A stretch of DNA of 57,751 nucleotides, filler included, from Squatina squatina (GCA_031763465.1; 3 parts of 3 records of this genome joined end to end with filler, not necessarily neighbours in it), one strand, 5' to 3'; shown: positions 24,029 through 36,457, counted from the whole stretch's first letter. Notes: generated by a model from the sequence alone, not told the origin. Translations and numbers: made by a program.

Positions 24029-24168
24029 CCTCCTCCTCGTCCTCCTCCTCGTCCTCCTCTCTCTCTCTCCCCCTCCTCCTCGTCCTCCTCGTCCTCCTCG
24101 TCCTCCTCTCTCTCCTCGTCCTCCTCTCTCTCCTCGTCCTCGTCCTCCTCGTCCTCCTCTCTCTCGTC

Positions 24169-24222
<54 letters not shown>
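24029..24222. repeat. Polypyrimidine (CCT/CGT)n and (CT)n low-complexity tract
   Basis: Visible directly; gives spurious RE-repeat and PPR-repeat ORFs. Confidence 0.95.
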
Positions 24223-24226
<4 letters not shown>

Positions 24227-24544
24227 AAAAAAAAATTAAACGTGGCTATAAAATTTAATGCATTCTAACAAAAATAGTATCTACCTGCTGTTATGTTGAG
24301 CTCAATCATAACTATAGTGCAATTACTGGTATGGCCATTACTTCTTTCCAGTTTTATTTCTGCAACTACACTATGCTACATGTTTTCCATCATCCTCCTC
24401 TTATAATTATGATTTATTGTATTGTCTCCGACTTCACCTCAGAAAGCTTTATCACCAGTGGATGTTTCCCTCCTTCCTTCTGCTGGATGGAAAACAAATA
24501 ACTTAGATTTATTTTTAGAATTCCTAAAAAATGTTTGGTAGTCC

Positions 24545-25110
24545 TGTATTGGTTATAGCACTGGACTAGCAGTCGAGCAATTGAGTTCAAATCCCATCAT
24601 GGGAAGTTGCGAAATTGAATTCAATAAACTCGGTTATTTGTGGGTGAGTATTTGGGGGGGGGGAAAAAGTTACCATGCAAGGTGTCGGACTGTTGTAAAG
24701 TTGCTCAGTAATGTCCTTCAGGGAAGGGAACCCATCGCCAATGTTCCTGCTAAGCTGTGCGACCGTGTCTGGACGTCCGGCATAGGCTGCTCAACGGTTT
24801 TTCAATGGGTGTTTTTGCAGACACGCAAAATTTTGAATAGGCCACGCAGCCCATTAAAAGGGGCAGTGCACCCCGCCCCCCACCCCAAAAAAAAAATTAG
24901 TGGGAACGTTGCCTGTCACCACTCTACTTGCACACATCTCCCAGTACCACACCTTGGGCCTTTTGATGCTCCCTGAACTGGCCTAGCCAACCACTTAGTT
25001 GCAAAGAAAAACGTTCTTTTTGAACAAGAAGCACCACCACCGCCACCACCTTCTGAAGGCGGTTAGGGGTGTGCAATAAATGTGGTCTTGGCCATGTTGA
25101 CCACATTATG
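24545..25110 (+). mobile_element. tRNA-derived SINE hosting a nested MITE
   Basis: B-box-like gagttcaaatccc near 24583, body aatgtccttcagggaaggg, tail caccaccttctgaaggc.gttagggg...caataaatg. Confidence 0.65.
24739..24911. mobile_element. hAT-type MITE, copy 1
   Basis: TIRs caatgttcctgctaa / ttagtgggaacgttg; 8-bp flanks cccatcgc and cctgtcac differ only by CpG-type transitions. Confidence 0.75.
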
Positions 25111-26361
25111 AGAACAAATATATATTTTTTTTAAATGTTACCAGTAAGCTTTGTAGGGGTGGTTGTGGTTGGTAGAAGGTAAGACTAGATGACTTCAGAT
25201 GCCATGCCATAATCTCTCATGCCAGTTATTCATCACTCCAAAGTCATTCAAAACTCTTCCTTTTATACTGAACTTCCCGTCTGAATCTCGTTGGATCTCT
25301 CAAGATGGTGCTGGAACTAATATTTGCCTTACAGGTTGCAGCTTGAAGCAGGTTTTCATGATCTGAAATTCTGGTGCATCTTAATGTGATTATGTTTAAA
25401 GCTGCTGAATGTAAAAATTGCATGTGCGATTGTTTCACTAGTCGGGTCCATATGTCAGATTTTAGTGAAGATACTGATGCAGTCTTTGGTGTATTTGGAG
25501 TTGTTGTGTTCCCTTTTTAACAGCAAGAGGAGTACATTAATGTATTGCTATCTTATTTGCAGTATATAAAGAAGAAAACGAAGGATCAGGCCTGTAAGTA
25601 TTGAAATTCCCAGTCTAGCTTCTCTGTTGGTGCGACCTGCTTGTTGCTAAATTGGATGTTGAGTCAGTGGTTGAGAATGCTCCTTGATGACGCCTTGGCT
25701 TTGTGAAGTCAGCTGCATCAGGAACTTCATATAATTGAAATTAGGGGCGTAAGGGGCAGGTTTCCTTGTGAGCTGACACAATTGGCACTTGTACAAAAGG
25801 TTTGAAATGTAATGCAAGAGGGCGCAAAATAATTTTCAGATACAAGAGGAGATGCATTTTAGAAGTGTTTGGAAAAGAGGGGAATGTAAAGAAAATACTG
25901 CCCCTCAAATTAAGCCCTCTCTCCTGAAATGATGGGTACTTTACCAATTGGGTCTTGAAGCATCACAAATGCAGCATGCTGACGTGGAACATACCTGCAC
26001 TTATAAACTTCCATTATTTTCACAAATGGAAACGAAGCCCAGAAATTTGAGGATTTTGATTTTTTTTTGCCACATCGACTGTAAGTGGTTTAATCAGCAA
26101 TAGACTCCGCTGCGCAGACTAATTTTTGAATTTGCACTTGGCTCTGTGTTCTGCTGTTCCTGCAGTTCTCTGAATCCACAGCTAAGATGACAGTCTTACT
26201 GGCATATTTTATGAGGCTTCTGTAAGTAAGGAAAACAATTTCATAAATCAGTCTTTCAAACGGTGCTAAATTTTGCCCTTATCAAGCAGAGAGTTGATCG
26301 TTACTAGGGGATGGAATTTTCCATTTTTTGTATCCAGCACGAGCACCAAGTACTCCCAAAT

Positions 26362-26439
26362 AATAGAAACATAGAAAATAGGAGCAGGAGTCGGCCATTT
26401 GGCCCTTCGAGCCTGCTCCGCCATTCAATATGATCATGG
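26362..26439 (-). mobile_element. CR1 3' end
   Basis: tagaaacatagaaaataggagcaggagtcggccatttggcccttcgagcctgctccgccattcaatatgatcatgg. Confidence 0.8.
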
Positions 26440-27730
26440 NNNNNNNNNNNNNNNNNNNNNNNNNNNNNNNNNNNNNNNNNNNNNNNNNNNNNNNNNNNNN
26501 NNNNNNNNNNNNNNNNNNNNNNNNNNNNNNNNNNNNNNNATGTGACATGGACTTATCATGGTGTATTCTGGATATTGTAGTTCCATGGAAATAGGGTGAA
26601 AACTACAGCTCCCATAATGTATCACTCTCATTCACTTTCTCTGTCTCTCTCACTCACACACACACACAGACACACGTGCGCACAGAATCGGTCCACATGA
26701 GCTGAATATCTCCAACACTCAAACCTCAGATGAGATTTCAATTGCTGGGAATTAAGCAGAACTCAGCCTCTGAAGCACAGAGAGAGGGAAGGCCGACTTC
26801 TGCACAGGGAAATTCTTGCAAGACTTCTACTACAAATTGATTAATTCAGTGGATAAGTTTAAAAACTTTCGAACAAATTGTTCTAAATGTTAATATTCTA
26901 AATATTATTTATTTGACCATTTATACATTCCAAAAGGGTCAGAAATACAAGATGACAGTTGGAATCAATTTGAAAAAGAATTGAATTGAGGAATGTGAAT
27001 TGTGCAAATGCTTTTCTTTGCATTGGTTGATTTTCTAATCTAAATTCCAGCAAATCAACAAAGTTAAGTTTCTTATTTTAACTCGCTAGAAATGTGAGAT
27101 TTGATTTTTTTTTTCAGTTTTAGACAGATTTTATGTTCCACCCTAAATATTTAATATGTTCTGTGTTAGGCTTTACTTAAGTTGGGAAAAAAAAGTTTTA
27201 CCTATTCAATGAATACTTATATTTATATAAGTTGGAATTAACATGTTAGGACGTGAGCTTCAATGTAATGGGGGTGATGTTTGCCTTGCAGGGCCGTTCG
27301 CTAAGGTTCGGGTTGGGGGCCCCTACGTTTTTCTAGACCGGAATGGAAACATCGGTCCTGTCCCGTTTAAAAAAAATTTATATCTAGTAACCGATATTCT
27401 AAGGGGGTGACTTTTAGCACGACCATCAATAATAATCAGAATGAAGTATAGCTCTGAGCCTCTGAGCCCCTGACCCATATGAAACTGATTCGTAGGCCGT
27501 ACATTGAACATCTATGTTATAAAACCAAGAAGGGAAGAATGGGTTGAGAAAGGAATGTAAATGTGGCGGAACCAACTACTTTATTTTTTCTGTTGTAAAT
27601 TTTTTTGCATTTTCTCTGTATATTTGTAAGTTTTTTACAGCTCTCTTATTACAGCTGGATTTGAGCTTATTGTAATCGTATCTTTTACACTTAGCTTTGT
27701 AATTGTGGATTCCATTCATTCTAATTGCAG

Positions 27731-27872
27731 ATAGAACTTTTAAGACCTGTGGTGGCATCTATCCAGCAGTTCAAAATGCAGTACAAATCCTTGGGTCAGG
27801 CTCTTGATACAACAAGGCACAGCCTTCAAACAAAGAACATTTATATATCAGAAGACCCGAGTGAGAATTTGG
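27731..27872 (+). CDS. HAUS8: HAUS augmin-like complex subunit 8 exon (IELLRPVVASIQQFKMQYKSLGQALDTTRHSLQTKNIYISEDPSENL)
   Basis: ttgcag/ATA...TTGG/gtaggt, 142 nt; FK.QY....ALDTTRH.L is a conserved HAUS8 motif. Confidence 0.88.
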
Positions 27873-28799
27873 GTAGGTTTAAGTCCTTGGACAAATTCGA
27901 CCATTTGATGTGGGGTATGCAAAATTTTGGATTTAGCCNNNNNNNNNNNNNNNNNNNNNNNNNNNNNNNNNNNNNNNNNNNNNNNNNNNNNNNNNNNNNN
28001 NNNNNNNNNNNNNNNNNNNNNNNNNNNNNNNNNNNNNNNNNNNNNNNNNNNNNNNNNNNNNNNNNNNNNNNNNNNNNNNNNNNNNNNNNNNNNNNNNNNN
28101 NNNNNNNNNNNNNNNNNNNNNNNNNNNNNNNNNNNNNNNNNNNNNNNNNNNNNNNNNNNNNNNNNNNNNNNNNNNNNNNNNNNNNNNNNNNNNNNNNNNN
28201 NNNNNNNNNNNNNNNNNNNNNNNNNNNNNNNNNNNNNNNNNNNNNNNNNNNNNNNNNNNNNNNNNNNNNNNNNNNNNNNNNNNNNNNNNNNNNNNNNNNN
28301 NNNNNNNNNNNNNNNNNNNNNNNNNNNNNNNNNNNNNNNNNNNNNNNNNNNNNNNNNNNNNNNNNNNNNNNNNNNNNNNNNNNNNNNNNNNNNNNNNNNN
28401 NNNNNNNNNNNNNNNNNNNNNNNNNNNNNNNNNNNNNNNNNNNNNNNNNNNNNNNNNNNNNNNNNNNNNNNNNNNNNNNNNNNNNNNNNNNNNNNNNNNN
28501 NNNNNNNNNNNNNNNNNNNNNNNNNNNNNNNNNNNNNNNNNNNNNNNNNNNNNNNNNNNNNNNNNNNCTTTTTCTTTCGGTTTACGACTACCGACCAGTA
28601 TGTCCATTGTGTCTCATTAGTTACAGTGTCTCCACGGCACAACTATAGCTGATACCAAAGAGAGCCAATATAGACAGATGATAGGTGGACACATGCTTGC
28701 CAGAATTGGCTCCGCAGAAACTGCTTTGTTATCATGTTCCCTTTAGCAGAAGTACCTTGTTACATTAACCTGTGTCTCCTCCTCCAGCACAGTTTCAAA

Positions 28800-29020
28800 G
28801 GTCACTTTCTTCATGTGTGATGTTTGCTAGTGAATGCTGAGAAGCTATTCAACTGTTGGGGCATTACAGCCTAATTCAATATATTGGCCTATCCCCTGAC
28901 ATCCACATATACACTTTGCTAGCATGGACAGCTGGATAGTGATAAGGAGAAGCATCTACTCCGGCTGCCATCAACTGATTCAGCACAGATGAGAGATTGA
29001 ACCTGCCCAGTTCCATACTA
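28800..29020 (-). mobile_element. Old SINE-like repeat copy
   Basis: Minus strand ggttcaatctctcatctgtgctgaatcagttgat...gtggatgtcagggg; related to 19310-19600. Confidence 0.5.
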
Positions 29021-30289
29021 AGTTTAATCAGCTGAGTCATTGAAAGCCTTGTAATATGCATATTTTTCTCCTGGATGCTCGGCAAATAATAAGCTACAGC
29101 AAGGAATTTATTTTTATTTGGCGAATATGAGGGAAAGAAGAGAGCTGCACTGACCTTCATTAAATGTGCCTCCAGTGGGCTGAGTCATGGAATGGACTTG
29201 GCTCAGGAAGCATGGTTTCCTCCTAAGGCTTTTTGGATGCATTGATTTAATTTGACACCAGTCAAAAATATAAATTTTATCTTGATGCAAAGCAACATTG
29301 TATTAATGCAGGATCTCCTTTTGCCATTTTTAGCTGCATCCATTTATTTTATTTTNNNNNNGCATCCATTTATTTTATTTTTTGAACTTGGAAGGTAATA
29401 CATGATAACCTGTTTTATTAGGTTTTTAACTTTTTTAAGGGATGCTTATAATTTCTCAGTGCCAAGCAGTGGATAGGTGGCCAGTTATCAGCTCCTGCCA
29501 GTGAGGATGCAAGGATATGCACTAAAGTAGTGCGGGCTGCAGCTTCCCCTCTCCCAAACAGCATGGTTGATTACTCATAGTGTGGGAGACTGACACCACT
29601 CCTCGTCCTCATTCAGATGCAGGCTCGTACTGGGGGCATACCATGCTATTTGATTGTTGGGGTCTCACAGCTGATTATTGATTCAATCTTGGAAAAACAC
29701 TTCTTACTGCACTAGTGTAATATTTTGCCATTTCCCACATCGCTGAGTAAGATTGCCAATTAAGTGCTTCACTGGGGACCGTTTTGTGCTGTGGGACTGT
29801 TCCCAGTATGAGCTGCATTGAGACTGCCAAACTTCTTTGCTGTAGGAATTTTGCAGACAGAGGCCACTTTTTCATCCCATTGGTCTCGTCAAGATTGTAA
29901 CCCGAGGCCCAGAGATTTAAAAAAAAATGTATCTGATCAACTGCACCACACAGTTCCCTGAAGCTTTTGTACAGATGCAAATCTGACATTTTAATGTACA
30001 GCAGATTTGAGGCAGTCTGGGAATTGCCCATTTTGGGTTGCTGGATCAGTTGCAGAAGATAAGTGGGGTGCGTTTTTCTTGTTTATGCAAGTACAATTCG
30101 CACAGGTGGTGACTTAATGGGCCGAGTGCAGCTTAAATTCATCTAATTTCCCCATGGAGGAAGGGAGGGAAGTCACTGAGTGATCGGGTGCTTCCCACAA
30201 GGAAGAAGAATCAGATTCCCCTTGTTGGGCTCATGTCCTTATAGGTGGTTGCGTCTTTGGAGAGACTTATGCTGACATTCTCTTTACAG

Positions 30290-30431
30290 AGGAGTTGAAA
30301 ATTCATCTAAAGACAACAAAGCAGCTTCTAGATGGACTTGGACTCGGACCAGACAGGAATAATTCAAAAGCCTTGGCTGGAATTAAGGAGCTTGGACTGG
30401 TTGTTGCAAAGGCAGATACAGAGATGAAGAG
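30290..30431 (+). CDS. HAUS8: HAUS8 next exon (EELKIHLKTTKQLLDGLGLGPDRNNSKALAGIKELGLVVAKADTEMKR)
   Basis: ctttacag/AG...AG/gtattg, 142 nt; phase 1 matches the previous exon; aligns to recalled human ..TTQRLLGEL...ELKDVTAKKDLELRR. Confidence 0.8.
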
Positions 30432-31713
30432 GTATTGATGCCCAATCCTTTCAAATCATTTGATTGGAGTTCCTTTTCTGTATCATTGACTGCTCTCTCT
30501 GANNNNNNNNNNNNNNNNNNNNNNNNNNNNNNNNNNNNNNNNNNNNNNNNNNNNNNNNNNNNNNNNNNNNNNNNNNNNNNNNNNNNNNNNNNNNNNNNNN
30601 NNATGAAGGGTAGAAATGAGAAGTTTTGTATCGCAATAAAAAAGGGATGGAGGAACAGAAGACAAAGTGAGAATGTGTAAATCTATGAATCCTTGCTCTT
30701 TCATCCCTATTATCCTACATCCATCCCTGGTTGCCTTAAGATCTGCTGAGGGTCACCTCTGTTTAATTAACTCTGGAAGTCTCCAACCCAAAGCACAACT
30801 GGTACAGTTCACAGTTTTGTTTTGAGATGCACTGAAAGTACAGGAGATGGAAATGTCTTCTATGCTCAGATTTAGGACAATTTGAATGCACCTTGCATTA
30901 TCAATATTGCCCCGCAGCTTGCTTGTGTTTGTATACAAAAAATGGCACATTACAGATTCTAGTTTCATAAAGAAATACGACACGTGCCATATTGTCTTGT
31001 TAAATGGCCAGCAAGGTGCTATTTACACCTTGATTTATTATCAACCTAATGTATTAATCTCTCTGTGTCATTACTTGTTAAATTTACGTGCAGCGCAGAG
31101 ACTCGTAATAAAATAGATGCACAGCTAAATTGTGTTACCTTGTTAATGCCTGTTCATAAACTAAATTAACTACAGCAATTTAGGGAAACTTAAGGTGCCT
31201 TCTGAATTTTCTTTGCATAAATGTACAATAAAACATAACTGAATTGCTCCAGTTAGGTATTTAATGTTGCTTTATCACTTTTTTAATTTATTTTTTTCCA
31301 AGTGCCTGTCTGCTTTGCAGTACAAACTGTCAGCCTGTCTGCTGTAAAATGCATCTGATGGGCAATGGTGTGGAGTTGGGACGTCCCACTCCTCAGGCAG
31401 CAGGTTTGTTGTGGCAAGTGCCTCCACTGAGGGCACATTGGAAATCAAAATCAGTTTTAAAAATATATTTTTGTAAGTTAAAAGTTTTAGATTAGACTTA
31501 TTTTTTATTAATCAAGCCAGGCATAAAGTTTGTCTTAAAGTGCGAAAAGTCACTAAGACACTTCTCAGAGAGGCTAATGGGACGTCGAGCAACATTGGGA
31601 GGTNNNNNNNNNNNNNNNNNNNNNNNNNNNNNNNNNNNNNNNNNNNNNNNNNNNNNNNNNNNNNNNNNNNNNNNNNNNNNNNNNNNNNNNNNNNNNNNNN
31701 NNNTTGGTTAGCG

Positions 31714-31987
31714 ATGGCCAGACTGAGAGAGGCAGACAGAGCTCAGCAGCAGGAGCAACAGCAACAACAGCAGCAGCAGCAGCCGCCCCAGCACCAGCAA
31801 AAGCCCATGAACGGAGCTGATCTCCAGCACAACCACAGCCAGATGAAGGACCACGATGCCATTAAGCTGTTCATTGGCCAGATCCCACGGAACCTGGAGG
31901 AGAATGACCTGAAGCCCCTCTTTGAGGAATTTGGGAAGATATATGAGTTAACTGTGCTGAAGGACCGATTCACAGGCATGCACAAAG
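31714..31987 (+). CDS. CELF5: CUGBP Elav-like family member 5, first coding exon (polyQ N-terminus and start of RRM1)
   Basis: MARL..QQQ...[49 protein letters not shown]/gt. The MARL start and the NCLN neighbourhood favour CELF5 over CELF3/4/6. Confidence 0.88.
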
Positions 31988-33810
31988 GTTTGAGCAGCAT
32001 CAGCACCACCTACAGCATAGGGCAGCATAGCAGTTAATGGGAAATCATAGAGTCTGGTATTTAAATAGATTTAAAAAAAAATTAATTCCTTAGTATTAAT
32101 TTTGTAATATTTCTATTCTATTTCTTAGTTGTTTTAAATTGGCAACATTTATTGATCAACTTTTATTTATTCAGTGAAAATGAAATTAAAAGACTTGAAT
32201 TAGTCAAAGCCACAAAGGTATTTGATAAAAATTACATTTAATATGTCGTCACTCAATATTTTTTTTCTTTTACACTGATTGGCAGAAAAAATATTCAGTC
32301 ATGAAAAGATTCCTTTTCAATCCAGAATGGTACTATTTGAATTTATTTTGTACAAGTACAATTTCTATGGAAGGAAGGAAATTGTTTTTAAAATTATCAG
32401 TACTATTTTAGCCTTTTTTGGCATTTCTGGAGCACTCCACAATGGCACCACCATATAAGCATACCGAGTTTATCTAATTACTATTTACACAACCCCGCAA
32501 AGATGCTTTGATCCCATTGCACCTCTTACCAACTGAATTTACTGCATCCTTGTCCACATTACTTTTAGCGAACACTTACGCCAAGTCATTGGAAAAGTGG
32601 GCACTTGTGCTATATTTGGAAGTGTCTAACAGTTTATAGTAACTGTAGCATCTGTTGAGTCACCTCCAGCACAGACTATCTCAAACTGTAAAGCTAAATT
32701 CTCAGGGCAATGGAAATTAAAATCATTCAGCATGTGTTAAACTTGTGCATTTTCATTGAATCTCTCAGTTTATCAAACTGTAAAGACAAATTGTAAAATG
32801 GGTACCAGCTTAGAGCAGTGCAAGGCAAGCAGACCTTACAGGTACTTGAGATGCTCTGCACACCAGCACCTGCATTTTAAAGAGCTGGTGGGACAGTAGG
32901 CAATTTGCTAATGTTAAAAAGGTAAAATTGTCCTGTTCAAGTTGCAGTTATACTACAACTGATGTAAATCTGAAGCAAGGTTGGATAGTCTTTTTTTTTT
33001 TTTAAAAGTAGAGATCTGCTTTCCTAAATTCAATTTGAACATCTCTGTACCAGTATTATACTCCACATAAAAGTAGACTTTTGAGTCATCTGCACCAGCA
33101 GATAGAAACTGAAAAATTGGAGATCTTTTGCATCCAGTTCTTTTTGCCTGCAATTTTCCATGCTACATTGAGTGTACACATTTTGTAACTTCATTAAGGC
33201 TGCAGACTGTATGTAAAAAATATTGAAATAAATACCTGACGTAAGTTTCCAGAATTGTATTTTTTTCCTCCACAAAGCCCAGTTGAATGGGTGCAAGGGA
33301 AGCTCAATGTGCAATGGCATGCTACCTAACCACTAAATGGACGGATGAGAGGCTGCTAAGTCTACGGGGAGGTAAGGCAGAAATAGCTGTTGATGCTTAA
33401 TATTCGTATCCAATTTCAGGGGGACTCAATTCTCAAGTATGAAAGAATATTTGCAGAAGGTAGATTGCAATATGCTGCTAGTCAGAAATATTTGGGGTAA
33501 GAAAAATGGAGGTTGCTACATCTATACTATAGACAGCAAAAGTTTGCATGTGCCTTGGATAAAAAGGAAGGTAGATGGTAAAGTGCAGCCTAAATGGCTT
33601 AAGAGTTTGACTGGAAAAATCATTTTAAAAATAAATATTTCACTTGGTATAAATAAAACAATTGCAAAAACGTAGAGATATGTATAAAATACAGATGAGG
33701 ATAACTAAATTCATGAATCGAAATACCAAAAAAGAGTATTGGAATATAGGATTGTGAAGATTATGTTAAGGTGCCAGTGATACCAGATGCTTTTTGAGTG
33801 TGGTCTTAAA

Positions 33811-33910
33811 NNNNNNNNNNNNNNNNNNNNNNNNNNNNNNNNNNNNNNNNNNNNTTAATTAATTAANNNNNNNNNNNNNNNNNNNNNNNNNNNNNNNNNN
33901 NNNNNNNNNN
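33811..33910. other. Artificial scaffold concatenation linker
   Basis: N44-TTAATTAATTAA (33855-33866)-N44. Confidence 0.95.
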
Positions 33911-34379
33911 GCCTGCTTGCTGTGCTGGGTTCTGTCCCAGCATTGTTAAATGCCAATCTCTTTCTTCTTGTATTTTTCAAACACAATGAATATGTTTCTA
34001 AATATAGGCCCCCTGCGTTAACATTCCGCCTGTCCCGACAAGGATGTAATTTGTGGATTAGTTTTCCGATAGTTCCTATTTCCAATTGTCTGAGGCATTC
34101 GAATGAACAAAGTTTCTTTCTTTCGCCTGCGCTGGTGACCTTCACATTAACATTTCTGATTCTTAAATATGACACAGTTAGCATTTCAGTCTGTCCAATC
34201 TCGCTGGCAGAATTCTGTTAACCCTTGGACTGCTGGAGGTTCTTCCATTCCCAATGTAATTGGACATTTCATTCTTGATCAACGATAATGTGAACTTTAA
34301 GAGGGAGGAAAGGACTCTTGGGTCCACCAAGGCCATCTTTGCAATGAATCTTCACCCCACCCTTTCATTGCCCCACTTT

Positions 34380-34605
34380 CTCTAACTCTGGCCTCTTGAG
34401 CACCCATCCCTGAGCTCTGGAATTCCCTCCCTCAACCTGTCCGCCTCTCCTCCTGAAAATCCACCTCTTCCACCAAGCTTCTGCTCACCTGTCCCAACAT
34501 CTCCTTCCGTGGCCCGGCGTCAATCTTTGTCTGATAAACGCTGCCGCCAAGTGCCTTGTGATGTTTTACTAGTTTGAAGTCTCTGTGTAAATGCCAGTTG
34601 TGGCT
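34380..34605 (+). mobile_element. L2 LINE 3' fragment
   Basis: ctctggcctcttgagc...ctctggaattccctccctcaacctgtccgcctctc...gatgttttact. Confidence 0.7.
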
Positions 34606-34639
34606 CCTGTGAAGACCTTCCGTCTCCAGGAGCACATCG

Positions 34640-34800
34640 GGTTGCTTCCTGACCCCATTCACACCAACAAATCCAGGTAACTTATTCCACAACTTGATTC
34701 CCGCTTGGGTGAAAAACAATCTTCCGACCTCATTCCTGGCTCCGAATTTCACCATTTGTAACTGGCATCCCTTGGGGTATGAACCCGACATCACAGGGAA
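34640..34800 (-). mobile_element. CR1 ORF2 C-terminal fragment
   Basis: MFPVMSGS...RLFFTQAGIKLWNKLP (CR1 FFTQRV..WN.LP motif). Confidence 0.6.
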
Positions 34801-36165
34801 CAATATACCTCAATCAATTCAGTCAAGCTCCTTGGTATTTTGGAAACTGTGAGGAAAAGTTTGAAAAAACTCTTCAGCCTTGCAAGGAGGTGAAAGAAAG
34901 GGATCTTATTGAGGTGTATAAAGTAATAGAGTAGATTTTCCTCATTCTACGCCCAGGCACACTGGAACAACTGAGTGCAATGAATATCAGAAATTCATGT
35001 GGATCAGAGCACACACCTGTAAAGGTACCTACCAAAAGATTTACGTCTGCAGACCCAGGAAAATCTTCCCTGATAAATCGGACAGAAAAGATCAATCTAG
35101 GGCACTATTTCAAGTTAATCTATGACTGTTGGATAAAGAAATACAGGTATTAACTAGTAAAAGCTTCACACAAAGAGTGATTAACAGCTGGAATTATTTT
35201 CTGGGTACAGTACTAAAGGCAGTTAGATGTTGTGTTGGGGACCTGGTACGCCCAATTGGCATTTTTATAGCTGGTGGCTATATGGGGCCAATAGGTGTAA
35301 TTTTAGCGCCCTAATAGAGCCGTCCCTTTAAGTCAGGGAATTGGCATCTTAGAACATTTCTTGGCNNNNNNNNNNNNNNNNNNNNNNNNNNNNNNNNNNN
35401 NNNNNNNNNNNNNNNNNNNNNNNNNNNNNNNNNNNNNNNNNNNNNNNNNNNNNNNNNNNNNNNNNTCAGAGTAGCATTTTAAAGGGGTACATTGACTGTT
35501 CGAGTCTGTCCACCAGGTGCTGATGCTGGGACCCCTGACCCTCAGTCCCCACCCCGAGCACAGGATCCCGGTCCATTAGCGTCTGCAAGGAGACGGATTC
35601 CAAACTTCACTCAGGATTAGTGCACAGTCCCCGAGAGAGGGACCCAGCAGCTTCTCCAGCTCTGGGATGGAGTAGAACCCAGGTCTCTGTGTCTGACGGG
35701 GAACAACTGGGTTCAATCCTGTTCAGTGAATACTGACACCTCCCCAGCCCCAGCCCCTCCATCCCAAGCTAATTCTGCTTGTGCTTTTACACCCTTGGCT
35801 TTCAGGACTGTAAGGGTTAACGGGGCTGAGGAAGGAGTCACCAATCTGTGGCTGCCCTTGGGATTGGCCTCAGGAAGATTGGCCTCACACTGTGTCCAGA
35901 CCCAGGGGCTTGCAGTGAGGCCACTCTGATGGGGGTACAGTAAGATCCAGCCCCTCCCGCTCCCGCTCCCTACAGACCTGCTGCATACTTCAAGAGCTGA
36001 CAGCAGCCTGGCTCCTGCTGCTTGTTTACACTGCCAGAGGCTAGGGATTGGCCTGCACTGGATCGGAGCCAGGGCTTGTGATCAAGCTCCAGCCTTGGAT
36101 CTACCTGGAGCAACAGTGAGTCCAAATGGGGCTGCTCGGCCTGAGACGTGAGGCTGTTCGGGGAA

Positions 36166-36357
36166 CAGGGGCTGGGGTTCAAGGGATAGCATTAGCTGGG
36201 GTTCAGGGGTAGCAGTAGCTGGGTTTGAGGGGGTAACAGTAGCTGGTGTTCAGAGGGTAGCAGTGGCTGGGGTTGAGGGGGTAACAGTGGCTGGGGTTCA
36301 GAGGGTAGCAGTGGCTGGGGTTGAGGGGGTAGCAGTGGCTGGGGTTGAGGGGTAACA
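36166..36357. repeat. 24-bp minisatellite (gctggggtt[c/g]ag[a/g]gggta[g/a]cagt[g/a])
   Basis: About 8 tandem G-rich units running into a gap. Confidence 0.9.
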
Positions 36358-36457
36358 NNNNNNNNNNNNNNNNNNNNNNNNNNNNNNNNNNNNNNNNNNN
36401 NNNNNNNNNNNNNNNNNNNNNNNNNNNNNNNNNNNNNNNNNNNNNNNNNNNNNNNNN

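Noticed and set aside
23922-24239. RE-repeat and PPR-repeat ORFs
   Set aside because: Translation of (CT)n/(CCT)n microsatellite.
25524-25593. Possible early HAUS8 exon (..SYLQYIKKKTKDQA/gtaagt), plus a similar candidate at 26166-26221
   Set aside because: YLQY.KK resembles the HAUS8 N-terminus, but the acceptor and phase could not be reconciled with confidence; needs RNA-seq.
35976-36115. 140-nt segment with good acceptor and donor and one open frame
   Set aside because: The peptide (DLLHTSRADSSLAPAACLHC...) is not recognisable and there are no partner exons.
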